From Tubiluchus corallicola (Eukaryota > Animalia > Priapulida): 18,616 nt of DNA. Position numbers and translations under genes: made by a program. The stretch lies in contig JAQGDQ010001985.1 of the NCBI GenBank assembly GCA_030141605.1, forward strand, positions 1 through 18,616, written 5' to 3'. Below the pieces are notes generated by a model that was given only the letters and a program-made list of their open reading frames with translations, was not told where the DNA came from and ran no database searches. How positions within the stretch are numbered: the stretch's first letter is position 1; each line of letters begins with the position of its first letter. Below are positions 1 through 11,413 of this stretch, piece after piece.

Positions 1-231
<231 letters not shown>

Positions 232-450
232 ACGATGGTATGACTACACTAGTTATACAGCCTCGTTTAAAACCATTTTGTATTAATTTTAAGTTTAATA
301 ATAATGGGTTATTTATAGGTTCAGTAATAAATAAATTTAAAACGATAATTTAAAATGGAGAGTAAAACAGGTTAAATTATTTTTTAACTAAAAATATTTA
401 CAGGTTGTCTGGATCGTGCTGTTGTGTCACTGCTCCGGTGAATGATAACT

Positions 451-968
451 AAGTCACAGGAAAAAGTAAACAGTTTTAACTAGGAAACAGTAACAGGAAA
501 ATGTAGCAGGAAAAAAGTTTACAGGAAAAGTCACAGGAAAAAGTCATAATTAATTTTGGCTATGATTAGGATTAGGGTTATTAGTTTTTTTCTGTGACTT
601 TTTACCTGTGACTTTTTTACCTGTGACTTTTTACCTGTGACTTTTTACCTGTGACTTTTTTACCTGTGACTTTTTACCTGTGACTTTTTACCTGTGACTT
701 TTTACCTGTGACTTTTTACCTGTGACTTTTTACCTGTGACTTTTTACCTGTGACTTTTTACCTGTGACTTTTTACCTGTGACTTTTTACCTGTGACTTTT
801 TACCTGTGACTTTTTACCTGTGACTTTTTCTGTGACTTTTTACCTGTGACTTCCCCCCCCCCGTGACTTTTTACCTGCAACTTTTTTCTGTGATTTTTTC
901 CACATGTGACTTTTTTACCTGTAACCTTTTACCCGTGACTTTCTACCTGTAACTTTTCACCTGGATTC
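451..968. mobile_element. Foldback/MITE-like element built from 14-bp subterminal repeats (possibly MULE-type), left end truncated
   Basis: AGTCACAGGAAAAA-type units at 451-545 face about 26 inverted CCTGTGACTTTTTA units at ~591-962 across a TTAGGATTAGGGTTA spacer. The element ends in CCTGGATTC. Family assignment is inference. Confidence 0.6.
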
Positions 969-1141
969 TAGGGGTCAGCCCACTGTACAGGCCTCTAAGT
1001 TTGTGGCACTGTAGACCTGTGTAACTAAATTCAACTAAACTGTAGTTCCCATAAATCATACGAATCGTATTCCTCCAATTAACAAATAAACTAACCATTG
1101 AAGCAAAGCAGGACGGTTTGCCATATTTAGAAGTACGGTAA

Positions 1142-1552
1142 AATTAAATAATCAATTAAAAAACTTAATTAGCGGCGGGCGAGCGTATCTATTGATGACG
1201 TCACAAACTAACATAATTTTCAACAGCAAAAATATTCCACGAGCGCGTTACACGTGTTTGTGAAAGTGAAAATTGAAGTGCAGCGCTATTGTAAGATATT
1301 CAGTGTGTTGTTCTAAAATTAGGCAAGTTTTAAGATAAAAATTCAAATTTCAAATTTACCGCTGTGCTCACGCACGAGCTGTCGAACGTGTGTAGTTCAT
1401 CACAAACGAACAGGTCTAAACCGAGAGGTACAGCGCCTGTTTTTCATGAAATGCATTTTCGAAATTCAGACGCTAGTGCCCATCTACTTAACGAATGGGG
1501 AAATGCAACGTAACAGCGGGAACACGAAATGACTTTTCCTTGGTAACAATTC
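1142..1552 (+). mobile_element. Truncated copy of the dispersed TTAA-flanked (Kolobok-like) element
   Basis: Matches 6549-6961 and ~11530-11900, and the reverse complement of ~12650-12815. It is cut at 1552 where the 72-bp satellite begins. Confidence 0.65.
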
Positions 1553-1864
1553 ACTCAGAATGTTGGGTTTATTTTAGAGTTATTACTTAAACTGTTTGTG
1601 GTGTGTTAAAGGAAAGAACAAGTCACTCAGCATGTTGGATTTATTTTAGAATTATCACTTAAACTGTTTGTGGTGTGTTAAAGGAAAGAACAATTCACTC
1701 AGAATGTTGGGTTTATTTTAGAGTTATTACTTAAACTGTTTGTGGTGTGTTAAAGGAAAGAACAATTCACTCAGTATGTTGGGTTTATTTTAGAATTATC
1801 ACTTAAACTGTTTGTGGTGTGTTAAAGGAAAGAACAATTCACTCAGTATGTTAAGTTTATTTTA
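1545..1864 (+). repeat. 72-bp tandem repeat, ~4.4 copies
   Basis: AACAATTCACTCAG-like starts at 1545, 1617, 1689, 1761 and 1833. Reverse complement of the 8774-10328 array. Confidence 0.95.
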
Positions 1865-2535
1865 CTTATATTATCGCCTTAAATTTAGAAAATATAACAA
1901 AAAATTTTGCAACGAACTTTCTATAAAACACAAATAAAAATTATTCTACCTTTGAATAGAAATCTGCAGGCGTGGTGGTTGCCGCCATTCATTTGAAAAT
2001 CATGACGTAACTGGGGGAGACTTCGTGACTTTTCGTAAACGCATCGTGGGTTTTCGTAAGCGCGCGTTGCTTAAACTAATCAAACTTCTCCAGCTTACTT
2101 AATGTTCATGCAAAAATGTTACAAAATTAGCTATCTAATTTTTTCCTAAAGACTTATTGTACTTTTGCTGAATTTTGACACTGCGCTGCTCTTCTTCAAG
2201 ACGAATGACGTCATTGGAAGAAGAACGAATGACGTCATTGGTGGAAGAATGAGCATTGAAAATGGGAGCGTCCGAGCATGAAGTGATTGCCACTTTAAAG
2301 TGATTTTACTAATTACAGGAGGCGCTTTTGGCAGTTTTATTACTAAATCTTTCCAACATTTTTCGTGAACATTGAAATAAGTCTAAAACCTCCTAGAAGA
2401 CTTGTTCTTTCCTCAGCTGGAATGGAACCTCTTTCTCAAGCTCAGGCGGTACAGTCATCCCTTCCCAGAACAAGATTATTGTGTTGATTTACCACCCCCT
2501 TCTGTGTCCTTACCTCTGCTTATACAAATCCTAGC

Positions 2536-2983
2536 TAATCCCTGATTACCGCCCCCTATAGTCCAACCCTCTTAACCAGTCTCTTCCACATTGCAAGAAT
2601 TAGCCTTCTGAAAGGACAATGGCTAATCCTCGTTTGTGGGTGCCGACAGCTTGACCACAAAGGAGGGCCACATAAGAGCCGAGGTGTAGACAGGAGGGAG
2701 GGATGGGGCAAGGACAGTTTTCTTAATTAGAGGCCCAGGAATAGATTATGTTTCAAAACAAAGGCGGTATAGGAAGCAGTTGGTACATGCTTGCCAGAGT
2801 GAAGTGTGGATACAGCTGCACGGTAGAAATGCTTGCCAAAACACAAACAAACTCCGCAGCCGCGCATGCGCCGCCTTTGTACGTGCGTGCCGCCACTACT
2901 TCAAAGCTCGTATAGTTTATACTGAGTTTTTATGTTTCTGTAAAGATATTGTGTTTGGACACGATTTAAACTGGTTTAATTCT
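2536..2983. promoter_or_regulatory. Candidate conserved enhancer, copy 1 (TCF/Helper, Sox, GC-box, TAATCC and NRF1 motifs)
   Basis: GC-richer island differing from copy 2 by one 1-bp indel in 448 bp. Contains CTTCAAAGC 2899-2907 next to GCCGCCA 2889-2895, CCTTTGTA 2874-2881, AACAAAG 2757-2763 and GCGCATGCGC 2862-2871. Function is inferred. Confidence 0.5.
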
Positions 2984-3113
2984 AGTTTATCAGATCTCCA
3001 TGAAGAAGTTCATTGTAGAAGTTACTCTAGAAGTTACTCTAGTAGTTACTCTAGTTTATTCTTAGCAAAGTTTTTAGGCTTATCAATCAATTATCTAAAA
3101 CTGGAGGCAGGTA

Positions 3114-3384
3114 TTAGATTAGATTAGATTTTATAGATTTATTTCGCAATAAACATATACATATACATTACATGTGCATCGATAGTAAGTTTTTGTTAAT
3201 ACAAAATTATGATAAAATTCATGAATTCTGCGCTAGAGACCTACGAAGCTAGCTTATGGTAGGCCACTAGAATTAGTTACGAAAAAATTACAATATATAC
3301 AGATACAATATTACATTATATACAAATATGAATACGGGTGGGAAGTAATAAAAATATTCCCTAGAGGGGAAGTTTTTGAAAATG
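3114..3384 (-). mobile_element. L2/Crack-like LINE 3'UTR fragment (duplicated and truncated by the inversion junction)
   Basis: Reverse complement of 7255-7523, with stem-loop, AATAAA and (TCTAA)n tail. Confidence 0.6.
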
Positions 3385-3407
3385 TGGTAGTATACCGTGG
3401 TAGAATT

Positions 3408-3560
3408 TCGTTCATACATCTTGTGAGAGTGTAATGGTGATTATCCCTGCATGTTCTATCTTGCTTATAAAATTCTTTTTCTTCTTTCTAAAAAATTCCA
3501 CATTTTGTAATTTTGTGCTGTAGTGTAATTCAAACTTTAGACTGTCATGATAAAAAATGA

Positions 3561-3565
<5 letters not shown>
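3408..3565 (+). repeat. Dispersed repeat, likely a retroelement 3' end with (ATT)n tail (partner 12927-13085)
   Basis: About 8 substitutions plus a 9-bp indel over the ~100-bp core relative to 12948-13048. Confidence 0.7.
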
Positions 3566-3622
<57 letters not shown>

Positions 3623-3946
3623 TATTATTATTATTATTATTATGTTATGTTATGTTATGTTATGTTATGTTATGTTATGTTATGTTATGTTATGTTATGT
3701 TATGTTATGTTATGTTATGTTATGTTATGTTATATTATATTATATTATATTATATTATATTATATTATATTATATTATATTATATTATATTATATTATAT
3801 TATATTATATTATATTATATTATATTATATTATATTATATTATATTATATTATATTATATTATATTATATTATATTATATTATATTATATTATATTATAT
3901 TATATTATATTATATTATATTATATTATATTATGTTATATTATATT
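3563..3946. repeat. Compound microsatellite (ATT)n-(TGTTA)n-(TATTA)n
   Basis: Direct reading. Confidence 0.97.
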
Positions 3947-4429
3947 AGTTTAAACATAATTTATTTAGGATTGGATCAGACAGTTTGTACAACATGATTT
4001 AGGATCCTCACCACAACAGACTTTATACACTATTTACAAGAACATTTACAGTAAGAATAAACTATACTTAGTTTTTAGTATACTAAAGTTTTACTACAGT
4101 GATACATTAGACATTAATAAAAAAATGACGGTTAGTAAATATTAATGTACGATTATTTAAGACTGATGCATTTTATATCAGATAGAAACTACTGGAAGCG
4201 TTTAGTACATAATATAAAGTCATGTATGCATTGGAATATTTTACAGTTTGTAACATAGTTAAATTCATCTTTTCCGAATAATAACAACTTCAACAGTTCA
4301 TTATTTCCTAAGACAGCAATATTAAGGTTTTCGGGCAGAAGTATTGCATTTAATTTATCAAACATAACTACCCTAGTTTGTTGATACAATGGGCAGTGCA
4401 ACAAAAAGTGTTCAACAGACTCAACAGAC
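3947..4429 (-). mobile_element. 5'-truncated non-LTR retrotransposon (CR1/L2 group): ORF2 C-terminus plus 3'UTR
   Basis: The minus frame reads SVESVEHFLLHCPLY...LLLFG...IHDFILCTKRFQ* (stop 4189-4191). This is the half zinc-knuckle and TxRF ending typical of LINE ORF2. AATAAA lies at 3965-3960. Confidence 0.8.
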
Positions 4430-4499
4430 TTATATTATATTATATTATATTATATTATATTATATTATATTATATTATATTATATTATATTATATTATT
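4430..4499. repeat. (TATTA)n microsatellite
   Basis: Direct reading. Confidence 0.95.
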
Positions 4500-4523
4500 C
4501 TCTTAAGCTTCCTACAATCTAAG

Positions 4524-4587
4524 TTAGCGTCTCTAGCTGCAACAGCATCTTAATTAGCATCTCCAGCTGCATCAGCATCTTAATTAG
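4524..4587. repeat. 30-bp tandem duplication
   Basis: TTAGCGTCTCTAGCTGCAACAGCATCTTAA followed by TTAGCATCTCCAGCTGCATCAGCATCTTAA. Confidence 0.8.
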
Positions 4588-4809
4588 TGAAGTCTCAACC
4601 TAAAATATCTGCAGCAGCATCAGCAACTCTTTAAAAACTTGTTTTTTTTTACTGTAAAACCAGAAAAACTTTTTCACAAACTTTGCGAAGTTTCTCAAGT
4701 GGAAAATGTTACGTTTCATGCAGAACAATAAAATTATGGAAAATTAAAATGAATATTTGCAACGCACCTGCTGTAATTTTCAAAATTTTCTCTATGCGGT
4801 TGACATAAT

Positions 4810-4960
4810 TTCAGCAATCAATCAGCACGATGCCTGGTCACGTGACGCGAGACATACGAAATCATTCCCTTTGATGTTGCCGCTGCGATGCTGAGGCATC
4901 TGGTAGCCGGGAGATTAATTTCTGAGGAAGAGGGAGCTCAGCCCCACAGTGACATGATAC
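4810..4960. promoter_or_regulatory. Candidate Wnt-responsive element
   Basis: GC-richer patch with CCTTTGATG 4868-4876, GCCGC 4879-4883 and palindromic GTCACGTGAC 4837-4846. Motif evidence only. Confidence 0.3.
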
Positions 4961-4982
4961 TACTTTATATTTTTATCTTTTA

Positions 4983-5315
4983 AGGTCTGTTTACACAGAA
5001 CGGAAATCCGCGGCGGTAGACGCGGTAGGTACAGCACGCCGGATGTGGTGGTCGTTCGACAGATATGAAATACGAGATAGTTTATATGACTTAATATCTC
5101 ACAATGATTGGAAAAAATGAGCTTTTTAATGTTTTAATGTAAGAATAGACACAGGCAATAGGCTAAGGCATAAGGTGCTGGTTCGAAGCTGTTCTCGGCC
5201 GATCTTCTCCATAATGAATTGCATCGGAAAGAAGAATGATAAAAATTAACTGAATTAATGAAACTGCAAAAAAGTGGAAATACAGACGATTCAGACGTCA
5301 CAGTGTGAACCATCT
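4983..5315. mobile_element. PIF/Harbinger-like MITE
   Basis: Imperfect TIRs AGGTCTGTTTACACAG ... CAGTGTGAACCATCT, flanked by TTA at 4980-4982 and 5316-5318 (3-bp TSD). Confidence 0.6.
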
Positions 5316-5387
5316 TTAGGCGAAAAAATGACCAACTTTAATTTTTCGATTTTATGATGCAATCAAATACAGAATATTGGTTATAAA

Positions 5388-5444
5388 AATAATAATAATA
5401 ATAATGATGATGATGATGATGATGATAATAATAATAATAATAAT

Positions 5445-5491
<47 letters not shown>

Positions 5492-5495
5492 TAAC

Positions 5496-5563
<68 letters not shown>

Positions 5564-6961
5564 CAATAACAATAATAATAATGACAATAACAATAACAAT
5601 ATTAATAATAACAATAACAATAATAATAATACGATGGTATGATTACACTAGTTATACAGCCTCGTTTAAAAACATTTCGTATTAATTTTAAGTTAAATAA
5701 TAAAAGGTTATTTATAGGTTCAGTAATAAATAAATTTAAAACGATAATTTAAAATGGAGAGTAAAACAGGTTAAACTATTTTTAAACTAAAAATATTTAC
5801 AGGTTGTCTGGATCGTGCTGTTGTGTCACTGCTTCTGTGAATGATAACTAAGTCACAGGAAAAAGTAAATAGTTTTAACTAGGAAACAGTAACAGGAAAA
5901 TGTTACAGGAAAAAAGTTTACAGGAAAAGTCACAGGAAAAAGTCATAATTAAATTTGGCTATGATTAGGATTAGGATTATTAGTTTTTCCTGTGACTTTT
6001 TACCTGTGATTTTTTTACCTGTGACTTTTTACCTGTGACTTTTTACCTGTGATTTTTTTACCTGTGACTTTTTACCTGTGACTTTTCACCTGTGACTTTT
6101 CACCTGTGACTTTTTACCTGTGACTTTTTACCTGTGACTTTTCACCTGTGACTTTTCACCTGTGACTTTTCACCTGTGACTTTTTACCTGTGACTTTTCA
6201 CCTGTGACTTTTTACCTGTGAGTTTTTTCTGTGACTTTTTACCTGTGACTTCCCCCCCCCCCGTGACTTTTTACCTGCAACTTTTTTCTGTGATTTTTTC
6301 CACATGTGACTTTTTTACCTGTAACCTTTTACCTGTGACTTTCTACCTGTAACTTTTCACCTGGATTCTAGGGGTCAGCCCACTGTACAAGCCTCTAAGT
6401 TTGTGGCACTGTAGACCTGTGTAACTAAATTCAACTAAACTGTAGTTCCCATAAATCACACGAATCAGTACCCTCCAATTAACAAAGAAACTAACCATTA
6501 AAGCAGGACGATTTGCCATATACTTCCCCCTATTTAGGAGTACGGTAAAATTAAATAATCAATTAAAAAACTTAATTAACGGCGGGCGAGCCCAGTTACC
6601 TGATAAGATCACAAACTAACATAATTTTCAGCAGCAAAAATATTTCACGGGCGTGTTGCACGTGTTTGTGACAGCGAAAATTGAAGTGCAGTGCTTGTGT
6701 AAGATATTCAGTGTGTTGTACTAAAACTAGGCAAGTTTTAAGATAAAAATTCAAATTTCAAATTTACCGCTGTGCTCACGCACGAGCTGTCGAACGTGTG
6801 TAGTTCATCACAAACGAACAGGTCTAAACCGAGAGGTACAGCGCCTGTTTTTCATGAAATGCATTTTCGAAATTCAGCCGCTAGTGCCCATCTACCTAAC
6901 GAATGGGGAAATGCAACGTAACAGCGGGAACACAAAAATGACTTTTCCTTGGTAACAATTC
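5388..6961 (+). repeat. Segmental direct duplication, copy A2 (includes (AAT)n 5388-5630 and the 14-bp array ~5989-6362)
   Basis: Colinear with 1-1552. Confidence 0.95.
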
Positions 6962-7065
6962 TTTCACGCAAGTCGTTCTTTAAAAAAAAATTGTGTTCCC
7001 TGTCAATATTTTAAAGAGTAAATTATTTTGAGCCACAGTTTACGGCTAGATCCCAGTTCTAGGCT
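6549..7065 (+). mobile_element. Copy of the dispersed Kolobok-like element, retaining the right-hand part that copy A1 has lost
   Basis: Continues past AACAATTC with TTTCACG...CAATATTTTAAAGA...ATTATTTTGA, matching ~11900-12000. Confidence 0.65.
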
Positions 7066-7144
7066 GAAACAATAAAAATACATTAATAATACATACATCA
7101 CTATCACTACATACAGTGCAACACAAATGTTAGAAAATTTTCTA

Positions 7145-7523
7145 TTAAATACAGCTATTAAAGATGCCAACTCGCTGTCTATATTTAAAAAAAATTATAA
7201 ATTAAACTTACTTGAAACATATAACTGATCACTCAATCACGATTTCTTGTTTTTCATTTTCAAAAACCTCCCCTCTAGTATAATAATATTTTTATTACTT
7301 CCCACCTGTATTCATATTTGTACATATTGTAAGATTGTATCTGTATATATTGTAATTTCTTTCGTAACTAATTCTAGTGGCCTAGCATAAGCTAGCTTCT
7401 TAGGTCTCTAGCGCAGAAATAAAGAATTGTATCATATTTTTGTATTAACAAAACCTGATTATCGTGCACATGTAATGTATATGTTTATTGCGAAATAAAT
7501 CTATAAAATCTAAACTAATCTAA
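7145..7523 (+). mobile_element. 5'-truncated L2/Crack-like LINE
   Basis: 7145-7228 reads LNTAIKDANSLSIFKKNYKLNLLETYN*, resembling the IKxxxSLxxFKK ORF2 C-terminus. Stem-loop at 7374-7411, AATAAA at 7494-7499, then a (TCTAA)-type tail. Confidence 0.7.
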
Positions 7524-9095
7524 TACCTGCCTCCAGTTTTAGTTATTTGATTGATAAGCCTAAAAACTTTGCTAAGAATAAACTAGAGTAACTTCTAGAG
7601 TAACTACTAGAGTAACTTCTACAATCAACTTCTTCATGGAGATCTGATAAACCAGAATTAAACCAGTTTAAATCGTGTCCAAACACAATATCTTTACAGA
7701 AACATAAAAACTCAGTATAAACTATACGAGCTTTGAAGTAGTGGCGGCACGCACGTACAAAGGCGGCGCATGCGCGGCTGCGGAGTTTGTTTGTGTTTTG
7801 GCAAGCATTTCTACCGTGCAGCTGTATCCACACTTCACTCTGGCAAGCATGTACCAACTGCTTCCTATACCGCCTTTGTTTTGAAACATAATCTATTCCT
7901 GGGCCTCTAATTAAGAAAACTGTCCTTGCCCCATCCCTCCCTCCTGTCTACACCTCGGCTCTTATGTGGCCCTCCTTTGTGGTCAAGCTGTCGGCACCCC
8001 ACAAACGAGGATTAGCCATTGTCCTTTCAGAAGGCTAATTCTTGCAATGTGGAAGAGACTGGTTAAGAGGGTTGGACTATAGGGGGCGGTAATCAGGGAT
8101 TATCTAGGATTTGTATAAGCAGAGGTAAGAACACAGAAGGGGGTGGAAAATCAACACAATAATCTTGTTCTGGGAAGGGATGACTGTACCGCCTGAGCTT
8201 GAGAAAGAGGTTCCACTCCAGCTGAGGAAAGAACAAGTCTTCTAGGAGGTTTTAGGCTTATTTCAATGCTGGCGAAAAATGTTGGAAAGATTTAGTAATA
8301 AAACTGCCAAAACCGCCTCCTGTAACTAGTAAAATCACTTTAAAGTCGCGATCACTTCATGCTTGGACGCTCCCAATTTTAATGCTCATTCCTCCACCAA
8401 TGACGTCATTCGTTCTTCTTCCAATGACGTCATTCGTTTTGAAGAAGAGCAGCGCAGTGTCAAAATTCAGCAAAAGTACAGTAAGTCTTTAGGAAAAAAT
8501 TAGATAGCTAATTTTGTAACATTTTTGCATGAACATTAGGTAAGCTGGAGAAGTTGAATTAGTTTAAGCAACGCGCGCTTACGAAAAGTCACGATGCGTT
8601 TACGAAAAGTCACGAAGTCTCCCCCAGTTACGTCATGATTTTCAAATGAATGGCGGCAACCACCACGCCTGCAGATTTCTATTCAAAGGTTGAATATTTT
8701 CTATTAGTGTTTTATAGACAATTCTTTGCAAATTTTTTTGTTATCTTTTCTAAATTAGAGGCGATAATATAAGTAAAATAAACCCAACATGCCGAGTAAA
8801 TTGTTCTTTCCTTTAACACCCCACAAACAGTTTAAGTGATAATTCTAAAATAAACCCAACATACTGAGTAAATTGTTCTTTCCTTTAACACCCCACAAAC
8901 AGTTTAAGTGATAATTCTAAAATAAACCCAACATGCCGAGTAAATTGTTCTTTCCTTTAACACCCCACAAACAGTTTAAGTGATAACTCTAAAATAAACC
9001 CAACATACTGAGTGAATTGTTCTTTCCTTTGACACACCACAAACAGTTTAAGTGATAACTCTAAAACAAACCCAATATACTGAGTGAATTGTTCT
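7255..9095 (-). repeat. Inverted duplication arm B2 (likely donor copy)
   Basis: Reverse complement of 1545-3384. The right boundary lies inside the satellite and is approximate. Confidence 0.93.
7654..8102. promoter_or_regulatory. Candidate conserved enhancer, copy 2
   Basis: Reverse complement of 2536-2983 with a single 1-bp indel. All motifs are retained. Confidence 0.5.
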
Positions 9096-10328
9096 TTCCT
9101 TTAACACACCACAAACAGTTTAAGTGATAACTCTAAAATAAACCCAACATACTGAGTGAATTGTTCTTTCCTTTGACACACCACAAACAGTTTAAGTGAT
9201 AATTCTAAAATAAACTCAACATACTGAGTGAATTGTTCTTTCCTTTGACACACCACAAACAGTTTAAGTGATAATTCTAAAATAAACTCAACATACTGAG
9301 TGAATTGTTCTTTCCTTTGACACACCACAAACAGTTTAAGTGATAATTCTAAAATAAACCCAACATACTGAGTGAATTGTTCTTTCCTTTGACACACCAC
9401 AAACAGTTTAAGTGATAACTCTAAAATAAACCCAACATAATGAGTGAATTGTTCTTTCCTTTAACACACCACAAACAGTTTAAGTGATAACTCTAAAATA
9501 AACCCAACATACTGAGTGAATTGTTCTTTCCTTTGACACACCACAAACAGTTTAAGTGATAATTCTAAAATAAACTCAACATACTGAGTGAATTGTTCTT
9601 TCCTTTGACACACCACAAACAGTTTAAGTGATAACTCTAAAATAAACCCGACATAATGAGTGAATTGTTCTTTCCTTTGACACACCACAAATAGTTTAAG
9701 TGATAACTCTAAAATAAACCCAACATACTGAGTGAATTGTTCTTTTCTTTAACACACCACAAACAGTTTAAGTGATAACTCTAAAACAAACCCAATATAC
9801 TGAGTGAATTGTTCTTTCCCTTAGCACACCACAAACAGTTTAAGTGATAATTCTAAAATAAACTCAACATACTGAGTGAATTGTTCTTTCCTTTGACACA
9901 CCACAAACAGTTTAAGTGATAACTCTAAAATAAACCCAACATACTGAGTGAATTGTTCTTTCCTTTGACACACCACAAACAGTTTAAGTGATAACTCTAA
10001 AATAAACTCAACATACTGAGTGAATTGTTCTTTCCTTTGACACACCACAAACAGTTTAAGTGATATCTCTAAAATAAACCCAACATAATGAGTGAATTGT
10101 TCTTTCCTTTGACACACCACAAACAGTTTAAGTGATAACTCTAAAATAAACTCAACATACTGAGTGAATTGTTCTTTCCTTTGACACACCACAAACAGTT
10201 TAAGTGATAACTCTAAAATAAACCCAACATAATGAGTGAATTGTTCTTTCCCTTAGCACACCACAAACAGTTTAAGTGATATCTCTAAAATAAACGCAAC
10301 ATACTGAGTGAATTGTTCTTTCCTTTAG
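8774..10328 (-). repeat. 72-bp satellite, ~21.6 copies
   Basis: Unit AACCCAACATACTGAGTGAATTGTTCTTTCCTTTGACACACCACAAACAGTTTAAGTGATAACTCTAAAATA. Unit starts at 8781 and 10293 are exactly 21x72 bp apart. Confidence 0.97.
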
Positions 10329-11413
10329 CTAGTAGGAATTAAATACAGATTTTTATAGCAGTAATATATTGAGCTCATTTTGAGAATTTTATGTTACGCA
10401 GGAGTTTATATTAGGAATTTAGGACATACATAAATGAAAATATAAGATGTGCATAGACTGTAGTGCGCATGCGTGAATGAGTCACGCATTGTTATGTGTG
10501 CAAAGTAAGAGATTCGATTAATTGTGATCCGATTTATGATAATTAATAACCGAATTTGCTGTTGTCATAATAAAACTTTTATAAAAGAGCTCAGTAAACA
10601 CCAGACTCAGTCTATTATAAAAAAATTTAAAAATTTAATAAAATGACAGTCAATTTTAGCAATTTTTTAGCCCGTGTTACTCAAATATTTATCTCACAAT
10701 AATAAAAACTAGTATTTTACTGTACCTAACCTCTTTATGTTATTTTAAGTTGAGTTTAAGTTTATTTATTTCCACTCTGCATCTAACAATTATAATAAAA
10801 ATACAGATAATTTCACTGAAGTAAATATAAATATAAATGCAATATTATCCAGAAATTACAAAAGAGATTCTTATGCAGCATATACATGTGCAAATTACAT
10901 TACAGAATAATTTTGATGCATACAGTTTGAGCCTAGAAGCATAGCTTGACAGGCCAAACTGTACGTGGAAATCTTAAAGAAGTGATTAATAATTGAAATA
11001 GGGATAATATATACATAAAAGTGGGGGTGGGGGGAGTAGTGAATGAAAGATGAAATGGAGCGAGAACTAAGAAAAACTGTGATCATGATTATAAAGTGTT
11101 CAGTAACCTGTTGAGCATAGTCACGTTTTATTAAGATTACAGTGGAAAAAGAATGCAGGTGATTACCATTATCAAACTATGTTACTCTTAATACTTTTGA
11201 AATATTTCTTTTCTGATGGTTTTTTAAAAGTTGAAAGGGAGTGACTACATTTTGAATTGCGGCTTCACGTTCAAGTTCAGGTTTACGGGTCAGGTATGGC
11301 ACTAATTTCTCCCCAAAATGTTTCTCTTTTGTTCAAAACTGTTTAAAAGCGTTTTTTTCAAATGTAAACTATATAAATGCTCTAATTTTTGTTAATCTTC
11401 AACATTTAATTAA

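Larger units (their letters stand above)
1545..3384 (+). repeat. Inverted duplication arm B1 (partner ~7255-9095)
   Basis: The reverse complement aligns continuously with sequence from 7255 onward. The near-identical ORFs 2780..3127(+) and 7543..7857(-) reflect this. Confidence 0.95.

Noticed and set aside
566-580. Interstitial telomere
   Set aside because: Only two to three degenerate units inside a repeat element.
2780-3127. 115-aa ORF and its 104-aa inverted twin (7543-7857)
   Set aside because: TTG start, no recognisable domain and different stops. The conserved block extends ~240 bp upstream of the ORF, which fits non-coding constraint better. A small exon is not fully excluded.
9101-10192. 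24-aa repeat ORFs in the 72-bp satellite
   Set aside because: By-product of unit length. They are interrupted by TAA variants and have non-ATG starts.
1545-10328. Single giant Foldback transposon with satellite-bearing TIRs
   Set aside because: The arm ends are a microhomology junction and a cut through a LINE, there is no TSD, and the interior contains a copy of the left flank. A rearrangement explains this better.
10464-10490. NRF1-like TGCGCATGCG and AP-1 TGAGTCA motifs
   Set aside because: Isolated short motifs with no supporting context, commonly carried by TE remnants.
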